Shown here: piece after piece, positions 49,894 through 58,806 of the stretch
Numbering within the stretch: the stretch's first letter is position 1
How the letters are laid out: each line of letters begins with the position of its first letter
Assembly (NCBI GenBank): GCA_045863395.1
Contig: BTVJ01000027.1
Location: forward strand, 1-64,000
Direction: 5' to 3'
DNA: 64,000 bases
Source: Myxococcales bacterium
Lineage (GTDB): Bacteria; Myxococcota_A; UBA9042; JABWCM01; BTVJ01
The notes under the pieces: model-generated
What the model saw: the letters and a program-made list of their open reading frames with translations, nothing else
Database searches by the model: none
Told to the model about the DNA's origin: nothing
Made by a program: the position numbers and the translations under genes

Positions 49894-52290
49894 TCAGGAC
49901 CGCAGGTCCAGCTTGCGCCGGCGGCGCAGCGCCCACCGGGCGATGCCGAACAGGATGAATGCCGCCGGGACTCCGATGATGTTCGCGTACTTGATCGCGC
50001 GCTTCGTCGAGTCCTCCAGTCTGGCCAGGGGCCGTTCCGTGTACTCCTTGGCGCGAATCTCCACCAGCGCGTCGTTCTGCAGCGACCAGTCCAGCACGTT
50101 GAACAGGAACCGCAGGTTCTGCTGCACGGTCTCCGAGATCTGCGAGATCCGGATCTGCCAGTTCTGGAACTGTGCGTAGTACTTGCGGAGGTCCTTGAGG
50201 AACTCGATGCCCCCCTGCGACACCTGCGCGATGTCGAAGCCCGCGAACACGTCCTCGGGGTTGAGGCCGCCGATGCCCAGGTTCGACCCAAGCACCAGGA
50301 GCCGCACCTTGCCCGCGTCGGTCCGCTTGCGGTCCTTGTCCGCGTCCGCCTCCGCGCCCTCCTTCGCCGGGATGTCCTTGCCCTTGAAGAAGCTGTCGAA
50401 CTCTCCCGCGACATAGACGGCCGCCGACGCAGGCTCACCGGTCGCGGGTGTCTCCTTCGCGAAGCGGAGCTGGTCCGGCGGCAGCAGCGGCAGGTTGGCG
50501 ATGGTGTCCGCCCCCTTCACGATGGCCTCGCCGGACGTCTTCACGAGCACCTCCCCCTTGCCCTTGGCCGCGTCGGTCAGGGACACCGTGCTCGCGTAGG
50601 GCAGCGTCAGGTGGTCGAGGCCCTTCATGAGCACGTTGTCTGTATTGAGGTCGGTGAACGAAGGGAGCATCGGGTACGGGAAGGCCTTCTGGGTCTGCCA
50701 GCGCAGGCGCCCCTGCTGGGTGGTCACCGTCACCACCACCGGCTCGTTGGCGCTGGGCTCCAGGATGACGTCTTTCCCCACCCTCGCGCCGTAGTGCTCC
50801 AGCAGGTCGCCCAGGTTGGTCGCGTTCTCGACGAGCGCCGTGTAGTCCGTCGCCTCCTCGTCGCCGAGATCGTCGCCGGGCTTGATGTTGTAGAGGCTCA
50901 TGTCCCAGGTGCTCGCCAGCAGGACCACCGGCCGCCCGCGCAGCAGGAACTGGTCCAGCTCGAACTTCTCTCGGTCCTTGAAGGGCTTGGTCGGCCCGTA
51001 GATGATCAGCGCCTCGATGTCGTCGCCCACCTTCTCGGTGAGGTTCACCTGGCGGATGTCGAACCCGCGCCGCTTGAACAGGTTCTGGTTGATGCCCTGG
51101 TTGATCTGGTTGATCTGCTGCTCCACCTGGGCCGCCTGCCCGAGGAACTGCTTGATCATCGGGTTCTGCTGCCCCAGCAGGACCGCCATGTCCGTCTTGA
51201 TCACGGGGTCCATGCGCGGGAACGGGCAGAACTCCCCGTGGCCGCAGACGAAGCCGATCTGCTTCTGGCCCGGGCTGTTGACCAGGTTGTCGTGGTCCTT
51301 GTCAATCTCGGTGTAGGCTTGGTGGAGCGCGGCCGCGATCTGGATCGCTGCCGCGGCCTTCTCTTTCTCCTCCGAGCCCAGATACTCCATGAGCTGGCCG
51401 TAGCCCTCCGCGTACTGCTCGATTCCCCCGAGCAGGATCCTCACGTACTCGTTGTCGTGTCGTGACAGCACGGGACGCGCGGTCTCCATCTTCGCCTTGA
51501 TGGGGTCGCAGGCCTTCTTGATCTCGTCGGCGCTCTGCTGGAAGCGGGCGAGATCCTCTTTGCTCTGCTCAGCGGCCGCCATCAGCCCCTTCAGGCTCGC
51601 GTCGTCCCCCGCCTCCGTCGGCTTGCTCACGGCCTCGAGCTTCTGGTCGCAGGTCCGGACCGCCTCGAAGACCTCCTTGCCCGCAGAGAGCATGTCCTTC
51701 ATGAGGATGCTCTTCTCGTGCTTCTCCTTCAGCCGGAGCAGTATCTTCGTGATGTCGAGCTCGTAGGAGTCGGGGTTGATGGCGAGGGGGTAGACCTCCT
51801 TCACGTTCTTGTAGAGAAACACCGCCCCCAAGGCATACTCCTGGAACTCGATGCGGCCGCTCTTCTGGACCTTCGCCTCGTCGCTGGCGAAGAGCTGGAC
51901 CTTGCTCTTCTTGGCCTCCTCTTCGACGTTGTCCGAGACGTAGTCGAGCTTCATCTGCCCGTCGGAGTAGGCCTGATACTCCTCCAGGCGGTCGCGGAGC
52001 TTCCTGTCCACCCCGCGCAGGCTCACGGACTGGCCGTAGCCGAGCTTGATGCTGTCCGGCAGCGGGGAGGAGATATAGACCTGCACCGTCAGGTCGTCGA
52101 GGGCCTTGACCGCCTCCTTGGAGGCAGCGCTCAACGTGTGGATGCCGTTCTGCGTGAGGTCCACGCGCCCGAAGAGGCGCGGCGAGATGAAGAACAGCAG
52201 GAGGATGATGATCCCCGCCGCCGCCAGCACGGTGACCAGCGCGTTGGACCCGGACCGGGTGCGCGCCTTGCGGTTCATGTCGGTCGCCAT
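49894..52290 (-). CDS. GldG-like ABC transporter auxiliary protein with a helical insertion
   Basis: RVDLT.NG.HTLS, GHGE, IIYGP, LDQFLLRG, N- and C-terminal TM helices. Confidence 0.85.
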   Translation of the reverse strand: MATDMNRKARTRSGSNALVTVLAAAGIIILLLFFISPRLFGRVDLTQNGIHTLSAASKEAVKALDDLTVQVYISSPLPDSIKLGYGQSVSLRGVDRKLRDRLEEYQAYSDGQMKLDYVSDNVEEEAKKSKVQLFASDEAKVQKSGRIEFQEYALGAVFLYKNVKEVYPLAINPDSYELDITKILLRLKEKHEKSILMKDMLSAGKEVFEAVRTCDQKLEAVSKPTEAGDDASLKGLMAAAEQSKEDLARFQQSADEIKKACDPIKAKMETARPVLSRHDNEYVRILLGGIEQYAEGYGQLMEYLGSEEKEKAAAAIQIAAALHQAYTEIDKDHDNLVNSPGQKQIGFVCGHGEFCPFPRMDPVIKTDMAVLLGQQNPMIKQFLGQAAQVEQQINQINQGINQNLFKRRGFDIRQVNLTEKVGDDIEALIIYGPTKPFKDREKFELDQFLLRGRPVVLLASTWDMSLYNIKPGDDLGDEEATDYTALVENATNLGDLLEHYGARVGKDVILEPSANEPVVVTVTTQQGRLRWQTQKAFPYPMLPSFTDLNTDNVLMKGLDHLTLPYASTVSLTDAAKGKGEVLVKTSGEAIVKGADTIANLPLLPPDQLRFAKETPATGEPASAAVYVAGEFDSFFKGKDIPAKEGAEADADKDRKRTDAGKVRLLVLGSNLGIGGLNPEDVFAGFDIAQVSQGGIEFLKDLRKYYAQFQNWQIRISQISETVQQNLRFLFNVLDWSLQNDALVEIRAKEYTERPLARLEDSTKRAIKYANIIGVPAAFILFGIARWALRRRRKLDLRS

Positions 52291-52300
52291 CAGTCTCCTC

Positions 52301-53038
52301 CTATGCCCGCCACTTGCGGCTCTCGAGCGAGTAGGTCGAGAGCAGCAGCGGGAGCGCGATCATGGACACGAAGAAGATCAGGTCCCGTGAGTCGAGCACG
52401 CCGCGGGAAATGTTCTGGGCGTGGGCCTTGACGCTCAGGAGCGCCAGGGACTGCCGGGTGGCCTCCCATGCGGCCCCGATGAGCTGGTCCACGTAGTAGA
52501 AGAACGTACAGATCAGCGCGGCCAGGATGAACGCGATGATCTGGTTTCGGGTCCATGTGGACGCCAGGAGCCCGATGGCCAGGTAGGCGCCGCCAATCAG
52601 GATGAGGCCCAGATACCCCCCGACGATGGGCCCGACGTCCGGGCGCCCGAGGGACATGACCGTGACGACGTAGGGGAGGGTCAGGAGCAGCGCCACGCCG
52701 AGAAACAGGAGGCCGCCCAGGAACTTGCCGGCGACGATCTCTCCGTCCCGGACGGGCAGGGTGGTCAGCAGCTCCATGGTCCCGGTCTTCTTCTCTTCGC
52801 TGATCATGCGCATGCTGACCGCTGGCATGAAGATGGCCAGCAGGACCGGCACACCCTCGAAGAGCCTGCGCAGGGAGGCCTCGTTCGCCTCGAAGAAGTC
52901 GCCCGCCCCGGCGCTCAGGAACCCGAAGAAGAAGTCCAGGCCCACGAGCAGCAGGAAGGTGCTCAGTGTGACGTAGGCGATCGGAGAGTCGAAGTAGCTC
53001 GCAAACTCGCGCTTGCCGATGATCCACGCTTTCTTCAT
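52301..53038 (-). CDS. GldF-like ABC-2 permease
   Basis: REFASYFDSPIAY, SEEKKTGTMELL.TLP, STWTRNQIIA, RGVLDSRD. Confidence 0.9.
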   Translation of the reverse strand: MKKAWIIGKREFASYFDSPIAYVTLSTFLLLVGLDFFFGFLSAGAGDFFEANEASLRRLFEGVPVLLAIFMPAVSMRMISEEKKTGTMELLTTLPVRDGEIVAGKFLGGLLFLGVALLLTLPYVVTVMSLGRPDVGPIVGGYLGLILIGGAYLAIGLLASTWTRNQIIAFILAALICTFFYYVDQLIGAAWEATRQSLALLSVKAHAQNISRGVLDSRDLIFFVSMIALPLLLSTYSLESRKWRA

Positions 53039-53052
53039 GGGGTCTCCTCGAC

Positions 53053-53988
53053 TCAGGCGGACTGGGTGAGGCGCCGGAAGATGCCCTCGAGGTCGAGCAC
53101 GTCCCGGTGCAGATCGTAGATGACCCAGCGGTTGTCCACCGCGGCTCTGTAGATGTCGGGCCGCACGTCGACCCCCGGCGCGGTCTCCACCTCGATGTGG
53201 ACCGTCCCGTTGGCCTTGCCGCGCTCCCGCACCGAGCGGACCCCCGGCAGCGCCCCCACGGTCGCCGCGACGGCCGCGCCGTCCACTCCGCCGAGCTGGG
53301 CCAGCACCCGCGGGTTGGTGGCCTCCCGGGCCTCCAGGTCCGCCGCGGTGCCGTCCGCGACGATGCGCCCCTGGTGGATGATCAGCAGGCGGTCGCAGGT
53401 CTGCATGACCTCGGGCAGGTTGTGCGTGGAGAGGATGATGGTCCGCTTGCGCCCGATCTCCTTGATGAGGCTGCGGATCTCGACGATCTGGTTCGGGTCG
53501 AGGCCGCTCGTGGGCTCGTCGAGGATCAGGATGGGCGGGTCGTGGATCATGGCCTGCGCGAGCCCTACGCGCTGCTTCTGTCCCTTGGACAGGGTGCCTA
53601 TCTCGCGCCCGACGAAGGCGTCGCAGCCGCACTCCTGGCAGATGCGGGCGATGGCCGCCCTGCGCTGGTCCTTCGGGATGTCCCGCATCTCGGCGACGTA
53701 GTTGAGGTAGTCGTAGACCACCATGTCGCCGTAGAGGGGCGTGGACTCGGGCAGGTAGCCGATGCGGCGGCGCACCTCGATGGGGTTCTCGAAGGCGTCG
53801 TGTCCGTCCACCGTCACCGTGCCGCTGGTGGCGCTCATGAAGCAGGTGAGGATCTTCATGGTCGTGGTCTTGCCGGCGCCGTTCGGGCCGAGGAAGCCCA
53901 CGACCTGCCCCTCGGGGACCTCGAAGGAGATCCCCCGGAGCGCCTCCACCTCTCCATAGGCCTTGCGCAGATCCTGGACCTTGATCAT
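53053..53988 (-). CDS. GldA-like ABC ATP-binding protein
   Basis: GPNGAGKTT, LSKGQKQRVG, ILDEPTSGLDP. Confidence 0.93.
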   Translation of the reverse strand: MIKVQDLRKAYGEVEALRGISFEVPEGQVVGFLGPNGAGKTTTMKILTCFMSATSGTVTVDGHDAFENPIEVRRRIGYLPESTPLYGDMVVYDYLNYVAEMRDIPKDQRRAAIARICQECGCDAFVGREIGTLSKGQKQRVGLAQAMIHDPPILILDEPTSGLDPNQIVEIRSLIKEIGRKRTIILSTHNLPEVMQTCDRLLIIHQGRIVADGTAADLEAREATNPRVLAQLGGVDGAAVAATVGALPGVRSVRERGKANGTVHIEVETAPGVDVRPDIYRAAVDNRWVIYDLHRDVLDLEGIFRRLTQSA

Positions 53989-54081
53989 TGTCCCTCGCCT
54001 GGGCCGCGGGGGCCCGCTGGTCAATTCCGGGCCTTGTCAACCCGGTCGCCGGGTGTTTATTCCGCCGGTCGCGGAGCGCGA

Positions 54082-54109
54082 ACCATAGTGCGACCTGGAG
54101 AACTGTCAA
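54082..54109 (-). promoter_or_regulatory. Putative sigma70 promoter of the ABC operon
   Basis: Minus strand TTGACA-N16-TATGGT; the -35 box overlaps the tauE-like stop codon. Confidence 0.5.
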
Positions 54110-54837
54110 GCCATGTTGCGGATCGCCAGCAGCGCGCCCCCCGCCAGCAGCAGCACCAGGACCACGATGCGGAAGGTGGTCGCCGACACCCTCGCGTGGG
54201 CGCGCTCGCCGAGCAGCAACCCCAAGAGCAGCGATGGGAGGAGGGCGGCGGAGAGGGTGAGGGAGCCCGCGGTCACGAGCCCCTGGGACAGGTAGCCCAC
54301 GAGCAGCACGAGCCCCAGCGCGAGCCACAGCGCGCTCAGCGTGGCCCGAAAGGCCCCCTTGTCCAGGCCCCGCCGCGAGAGCACGTAGACCACCAGGGGG
54401 CCCCCGGAGCTGAAGGCGCCGTGGACGGCGCCGGCCAGGACGAGCAGCGCGGCAGACGTGGCTCGCCCGAGGGGAGCCGGCGTGTGGCTCCTGCGCGCCA
54501 GCTCCACGACGGAGAGCGCCGTCACGAGCAGCCCGAAGGCGGCCTTGAGCGGCGCGTCGTCACCGCCCAGGGACGCGAACGCCAGGAAGCCGACCGGGAA
54601 CCCCACGCCCATGAGGGGCAGCACCTCCCGCAGCAGCAGGCGCCGCGCGATGTGCCGACCGTGACGGGCGACCATCACCGTCGACAGGCAGAGGTTGACC
54701 GGCACGACGGCGGGCAGGAGCTGCTCCAGGGGCAGGAGCTGGGCCCCGAAGGCCACGGTCAGCACCGTGGAGCCGAAGCCCGTGAGGGCCTCGACGAAGA
54801 AGGCACCGGCGACGATGGCGCACAGGGCGGGCAACAT
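54106..54837 (-). CDS. Sulfite exporter TauE/SafE family membrane protein
   Basis: LTGFG, GAFSSGGP, FRATL; about eight TM segments. Confidence 0.85.
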   Translation of the reverse strand: MLPALCAIVAGAFFVEALTGFGSTVLTVAFGAQLLPLEQLLPAVVPVNLCLSTVMVARHGRHIARRLLLREVLPLMGVGFPVGFLAFASLGGDDAPLKAAFGLLVTALSVVELARRSHTPAPLGRATSAALLVLAGAVHGAFSSGGPLVVYVLSRRGLDKGAFRATLSALWLALGLVLLVGYLSQGLVTAGSLTLSAALLPSLLLGLLLGERAHARVSATTFRIVVLVLLLAGGALLAIRNMA

Positions 54838-54949
54838 GGCGGCGCATTGTGGGGCCCGCCCCCTCCCGGCGCAAGGGCTGGCGTGGGCTGCCCGCCTGTG
54901 GCAGCTTGTCGGGCCACGAAGGCGGCTCGAAGCAAAGGAGGGTGACGTC

Positions 54950-55822
54950 GTGGCAAGGTCCCAATCCGTCGGGGGGCGGCTCGTCCGCGAGCCGCTCGTG
55001 CAGTTCCTGGCAGTCGGTGCGGCCCTGTTCGCCATCCAGTCGAGCGCCGGGGCTGACAGCGAGGACCGCCCCGCGGCGCCCGACACGCGGCTCGTGGTGG
55101 CCGCGTCCACCGTGGAGGGAATCGCGCGGGATCAGGCAGCCCGGACGGGCAGGGCGCCCCGTGACGCCGAGCTGCGGGACCTCACCGACCGCTGGGTGGA
55201 CGACGAGGTGCTCTACCGGGAGGCGCTGCGCCTCGGCCTGGACAAGGGCGACCCCATCGTGCGGCGGCGCCTCGTGCAGAAGATGCAGTTCCTCTCGCAG
55301 GACCTCGCCCAGGTCGCCGAGCCCACGGACGCCGAGCTGGAGGCGTGGCTGGCCGCGCGCCCCGAGGTCCGGACGCCGGGCCGCGTGACCTTCGAGCACC
55401 TGTTCTTCTCACGGGACCGGCGGGGGGAGGTCGCCCGGGAGGACGCCGCCGTGGTGCTGCTCGCGCTCCAGGACGGGACGCGCGTGGAGGGGAAGGGCGA
55501 CCCCTTCGTCCACGGCAAGCGCGCGGTCGCTCGTACCGAGGCGGACCTGGCGGCCCAGTTCGGCGCCTCCTTCGCTCGGGTGGTCTTGGAGGCCCCCGAG
55601 GGGGCGTGGTCGGGGCCCGTCGAGTCCAGCTTCGGGTGGCACGTCGTGCGCGTGACGGAGCGCTCCGACGAGCGGGCGGCGACCCTCGACGAGGTGCGGG
55701 GCCGCGTCCGGCGGGAGCTGGTCGAGGAGCGGCGCGCGAAGGCCAACCGTCAGACCGTGGAGAAGCTGCGCGGTCAGTGGGAGGTGGTCGTCGAGGCGCC
55801 TGCCTCGGGAGCGAGGCCGTGA
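54950..55822 (+). CDS. PpiC/parvulin-type PPIase-like chaperone (Rotamase_2)
   Basis: REPLVQFL, EVLYREAL.LGLD.GD.IVRRRLVQKM.F, WSGPVESSFGWHVV; RBS AAGGAG. Confidence 0.85.
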   Translation: MARSQSVGGRLVREPLVQFLAVGAALFAIQSSAGADSEDRPAAPDTRLVVAASTVEGIARDQAARTGRAPRDAELRDLTDRWVDDEVLYREALRLGLDKGDPIVRRRLVQKMQFLSQDLAQVAEPTDAELEAWLAARPEVRTPGRVTFEHLFFSRDRRGEVAREDAAVVLLALQDGTRVEGKGDPFVHGKRAVARTEADLAAQFGASFARVVLEAPEGAWSGPVESSFGWHVVRVTERSDERAATLDEVRGRVRRELVEERRAKANRQTVEKLRGQWEVVVEAPASGARP

Positions 55823-56841
55823 GCAGCTCCTCGGGCACCCAGGGCGGGGCTCCCAGCCGCCTCTGCCTGCTGCTGGCCCTCGTCGGCACGGCGGTCGCCC
55901 CCGCCGCGGCGCTCGCCCACGCCTTCGACCCGGCGCTGCTGCACATCCGCGAGGGCGCGACGGGCACCGAGGTGGTGTGGAAGATCCCCGCCGCCCTCGG
56001 GGAGTCGCCGGAGCTGCGACCCGTCCTGCCCTGCCGCCCCGTCACGGACGCGACCGTGGAGCCCGTGCCGCAGGGGATGCTCGAGCGGCAGATCGTCGAC
56101 TGCGGGGGCCTCGCGGGCGCGACGGTGCGCGTGGAGGGGACCCCGGAGGTGCCGACGGACGTGGTCGTCCGCGTGGAGCTTGCCGACGGCCGGACCCTCA
56201 GCGCCGTGCTGCGCGACGAGCCGCGCGAGCTGGTCATCCCCACCCTGGACGACCCGGGCGCCGTCACCTCCACATACCTGCGCCTCGGCGTGCACCACAT
56301 CCTCAGCGGCTTCGATCACCTGCTCTTCGTGCTGGGGCTGCTCCTCATCGTCGGCAGCGGCTGGTCGCTCGTGGGCACCGTCACGGCCTTCACCGTGGCG
56401 CACAGCATCACGCTGGCGCTCGCCGTGCTGGACGTGGTCCACCTGCCGTCAGCGCCGGTGGAGACGGCCATCGCCCTGTCCATCCTGCTCTTGGCCGTGG
56501 AGCTGGCCCGCCCCCGCGGTGCACCGCCGACCCTGACGGCGCGCTTCCCGTGGGTCGTCGCATTCGCCTTCGGCCTGCTCCACGGCTTCGGCTTCGCGGG
56601 GGCGCTCGGTGAGGTGGGGTTGCCGCCGGGGGAGGTGCCGCTGGCGCTCCTCTTCTTCAACCTGGGCGTCGAGGCCGGGCAGCTCCTGTTCGTCGGCGCT
56701 CTGGTCGTCGTGGCGGCGCTGCTCCGCCGCCTGAAGGCGCAGCGCCTGCTCGAGGTGTGGAGGCAGGCGGCCCCTCTGGGCATCGGTGGACTGGCAGCCT
56801 TCTGGTGCATCGAGCGGGTGTTGGGGAGCTTCGGCGTGTAG
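55819..56841 (+). CDS. HupE/UreJ family membrane protein
   Basis: LGVHHILSGFDHLLF, TAFTVAHSITL, FGLLHGFGFA, FNLGVE.GQ; GTGA overlap with the upstream gene. Confidence 0.9.
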   Translation: MSSSSGTQGGAPSRLCLLLALVGTAVAPAAALAHAFDPALLHIREGATGTEVVWKIPAALGESPELRPVLPCRPVTDATVEPVPQGMLERQIVDCGGLAGATVRVEGTPEVPTDVVVRVELADGRTLSAVLRDEPRELVIPTLDDPGAVTSTYLRLGVHHILSGFDHLLFVLGLLLIVGSGWSLVGTVTAFTVAHSITLALAVLDVVHLPSAPVETAIALSILLLAVELARPRGAPPTLTARFPWVVAFAFGLLHGFGFAGALGEVGLPPGEVPLALLFFNLGVEAGQLLFVGALVVVAALLRRLKAQRLLEVWRQAAPLGIGGLAAFWCIERVLGSFGV

Positions 56842-56842
56842 G

Positions 56843-57265
56843 TCAGGCCATCGGCGGCCCCGCGGAGGATGGGTGCCACCGCCCCGGGGCCCGGTGGGTG
56901 CTCGCCCACCGATAGAGCAGCGCCGACTCGCGCGTGGCGTGGCGCCGGATCAGCTCCACCAGGGCGGCCGCGCGCGGGTCCGTGAGCAGGTGCAGGTCCA
57001 GCTCGACGCCCACCTCGAAGAGCAGCGCGCGGATGCGCTGGTGGTCCGCGAGGATCCAGGCAGCCTCGGCCGGGTGGTACTCGGCGAAGTCCACGAGCAG
57101 GCGGCGCTCCTCGAACTCCATGTGCGCGAGCAGGGTCTGTTCGAACACCCTCCACCCCTCGTCCATGACCGCGCGGTCGCCGGTGTGGACCCGGTTGAGC
57201 AGCTCGTCGAACAGGTCCTCGATGTGATCGTGCTCCGCCCGCAGGCGCTCTCCGAGGTTCGTCAT
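56843..57265 (-). CDS. Hemerythrin/HHE domain protein
   Basis: H...HxxxEE...H...HxxxE ligand pattern; RBS GAGGAGG. Confidence 0.8.
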   Translation of the reverse strand: MTNLGERLRAEHDHIEDLFDELLNRVHTGDRAVMDEGWRVFEQTLLAHMEFEERRLLVDFAEYHPAEAAWILADHQRIRALLFEVGVELDLHLLTDPRAAALVELIRRHATRESALLYRWASTHRAPGRWHPSSAGPPMA

Positions 57266-57338
57266 GGCGGCACCTCCTCGGTTAGTATGGGCACGGGGCC
57301 AGACCTGTCGACGGCGGGCGCCACCCGGAGGAGGAGCG

Positions 57339-57575
57339 ATGCTCGACGACATCCCTGACGTGAGGGACGGCCTGACCCGCAAAGAGCGGGTCGTGCTGTG
57401 GGTGCTCTCGGAGACCCAGAAGGAGCTGGGAGGTCGCAACGTGCCGACCGCCATGCTCTACGGGCGGGTGGTGGAGCACGTGGATCTGAGCGTGGACGAG
57501 CTGCAGCGCATCCTGCAGCGATTGACGGGCCTGGGGGGGGCGCACGAGCGGGGGCGGGACAGGGACGAGGACTAG
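57339..57575 (+). CDS. Small conserved-looking protein, probably winged-helix, with a GyrA-like IPDVRDGL start
   Basis: Strong RBS GGAGGAGGAG; 78 aa. Confidence 0.7.
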   Translation: MLDDIPDVRDGLTRKERVVLWVLSETQKELGGRNVPTAMLYGRVVEHVDLSVDELQRILQRLTGLGGAHERGRDRDED

Positions 57576-58693
57576 CGCGCGGCCAGCTCCTTGTCGATCA
57601 TGGCCGAGATGCCCTCGAAGTCACCCGGGTTCTGTACGCGGCTCCCGCCGATGAACAGCGTGGGCGTGCCGTTGACCCCGGCCTCCTCGCCGAGCTTCAT
57701 GTCCGCGTCGATCCTGGCCCCGATGGTCGCGTCGGCCATGTCCGCCTTGTAGCGGTCCATGTCGAGGCCGAGCTTCTGGGCGTAGCCCTCCAGGTCCGTC
57801 GCCGTGAGCGCCTTCTGGTTCTCGAACATCAGGTCGTGGAACTCCCAGAACTTGCCCTGGTTCATCGCCGCCATGGACGCCTGGGCTGCGGGCTTGGCGT
57901 TCTGGTGGAACGGCAGCGGGTAGTGGCGGAACACGAAGCGCACCGATGACGAGCCGTACTTCTCCTTGATCTGCTTCGCGGTCTTGGCGGCGATGGAGCA
58001 GTACGGGCACTCGAAGTCCGAGAACTCGACGATGGTGACCTGCGCGTCGGCCGGCCCGAAGGACGGCGCGCCGGGAGCCGTCAGCTTCGTGAGGACCTCT
58101 GGCGCCAGCGGCTGGTTGGCCTTCTCCATCTGCTGGAGCTCTGCGAGGACCTTCGGGTATTCGGTCATCATCGTCGCGCACCTGTCCGGCGGGAAGGAGG
58201 GCGTCTTCTCCTTGACCATGGCGCAGGTCTGCGTGTCCTTGCCCAGGTCGTTGCAGAGCTTCTCCGCCAGCTCCGTGCACTTGCCCTTCAGCTCGCCGAG
58301 CTTGGCCACGGTGCCCGCCATGTCGGCGAGGCCTGCCGCGCAGGCCGAGGGGGCCATGATCTGCGTCGCCGAGGTGAACGCGCCGCAGGCCTCCGACTGC
58401 TCGCCGGCCTCCTTGCAGATGGCCTCCTTGTACTTCGCGCACGCGCCCGGGTCGGCCGCCGCCGACACGGTGCCGCCCGCCGCCGGAGCGCCCGCCGCCG
58501 GAACGCCCGCCGCCGGAGCCCCTGCCGCCGGAGCCCCTGCCGCCGGAGCCCCTGCCGCCGGAGCGCCCGCCGCCGGAGCCCCTGCCGCCGGAGCGCCCGC
58601 TGCCGGAGCCGCGTTGTCCTTGCCCTGCCCGCAGGCGCCCAGCAGGAGCGCCGCCAGCAGTCCGATCCCGCCCTTCAGTCCTGGATTCGCCAT
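57572..58693 (-). CDS. DsbA/thioredoxin-fold lipoprotein with a (PAAGA)n linker and a Cys-rich helical domain
   Basis: LGAC lipobox; FSDFECPYC; RHYPL; GVNGTP. Confidence 0.9.
   Translation of the reverse strand: MANPGLKGGIGLLAALLLGACGQGKDNAAPAAGAPAAGAPAAGAPAAGAPAAGAPAAGAPAAGVPAAGAPAAGGTVSAAADPGACAKYKEAICKEAGEQSEACGAFTSATQIMAPSACAAGLADMAGTVAKLGELKGKCTELAEKLCNDLGKDTQTCAMVKEKTPSFPPDRCATMMTEYPKVLAELQQMEKANQPLAPEVLTKLTAPGAPSFGPADAQVTIVEFSDFECPYCSIAAKTAKQIKEKYGSSSVRFVFRHYPLPFHQNAKPAAQASMAAMNQGKFWEFHDLMFENQKALTATDLEGYAQKLGLDMDRYKADMADATIGARIDADMKLGEEAGVNGTPTLFIGGSRVQNPGDFEGISAMIDKELAAR
58474..58610 (-). repeat. 15-bp tandem repeat encoding PAAGA, about 9 copies
   Basis: (gc)ccc/tgccgccggagc periodicity in the sequence. 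Confidence 0.85.
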
Positions 58694-58806
58694 GTTCCGT
58701 ACATCTCCTGGATGGTTTCTCGCGCCGCGCTCCCTCCTCGGGGCGCCGGAGCCGCGACACTATGCTCCCGCCGCCCGAGAAAAGCACGCGCGAATCGCGG
58801 CGGACC

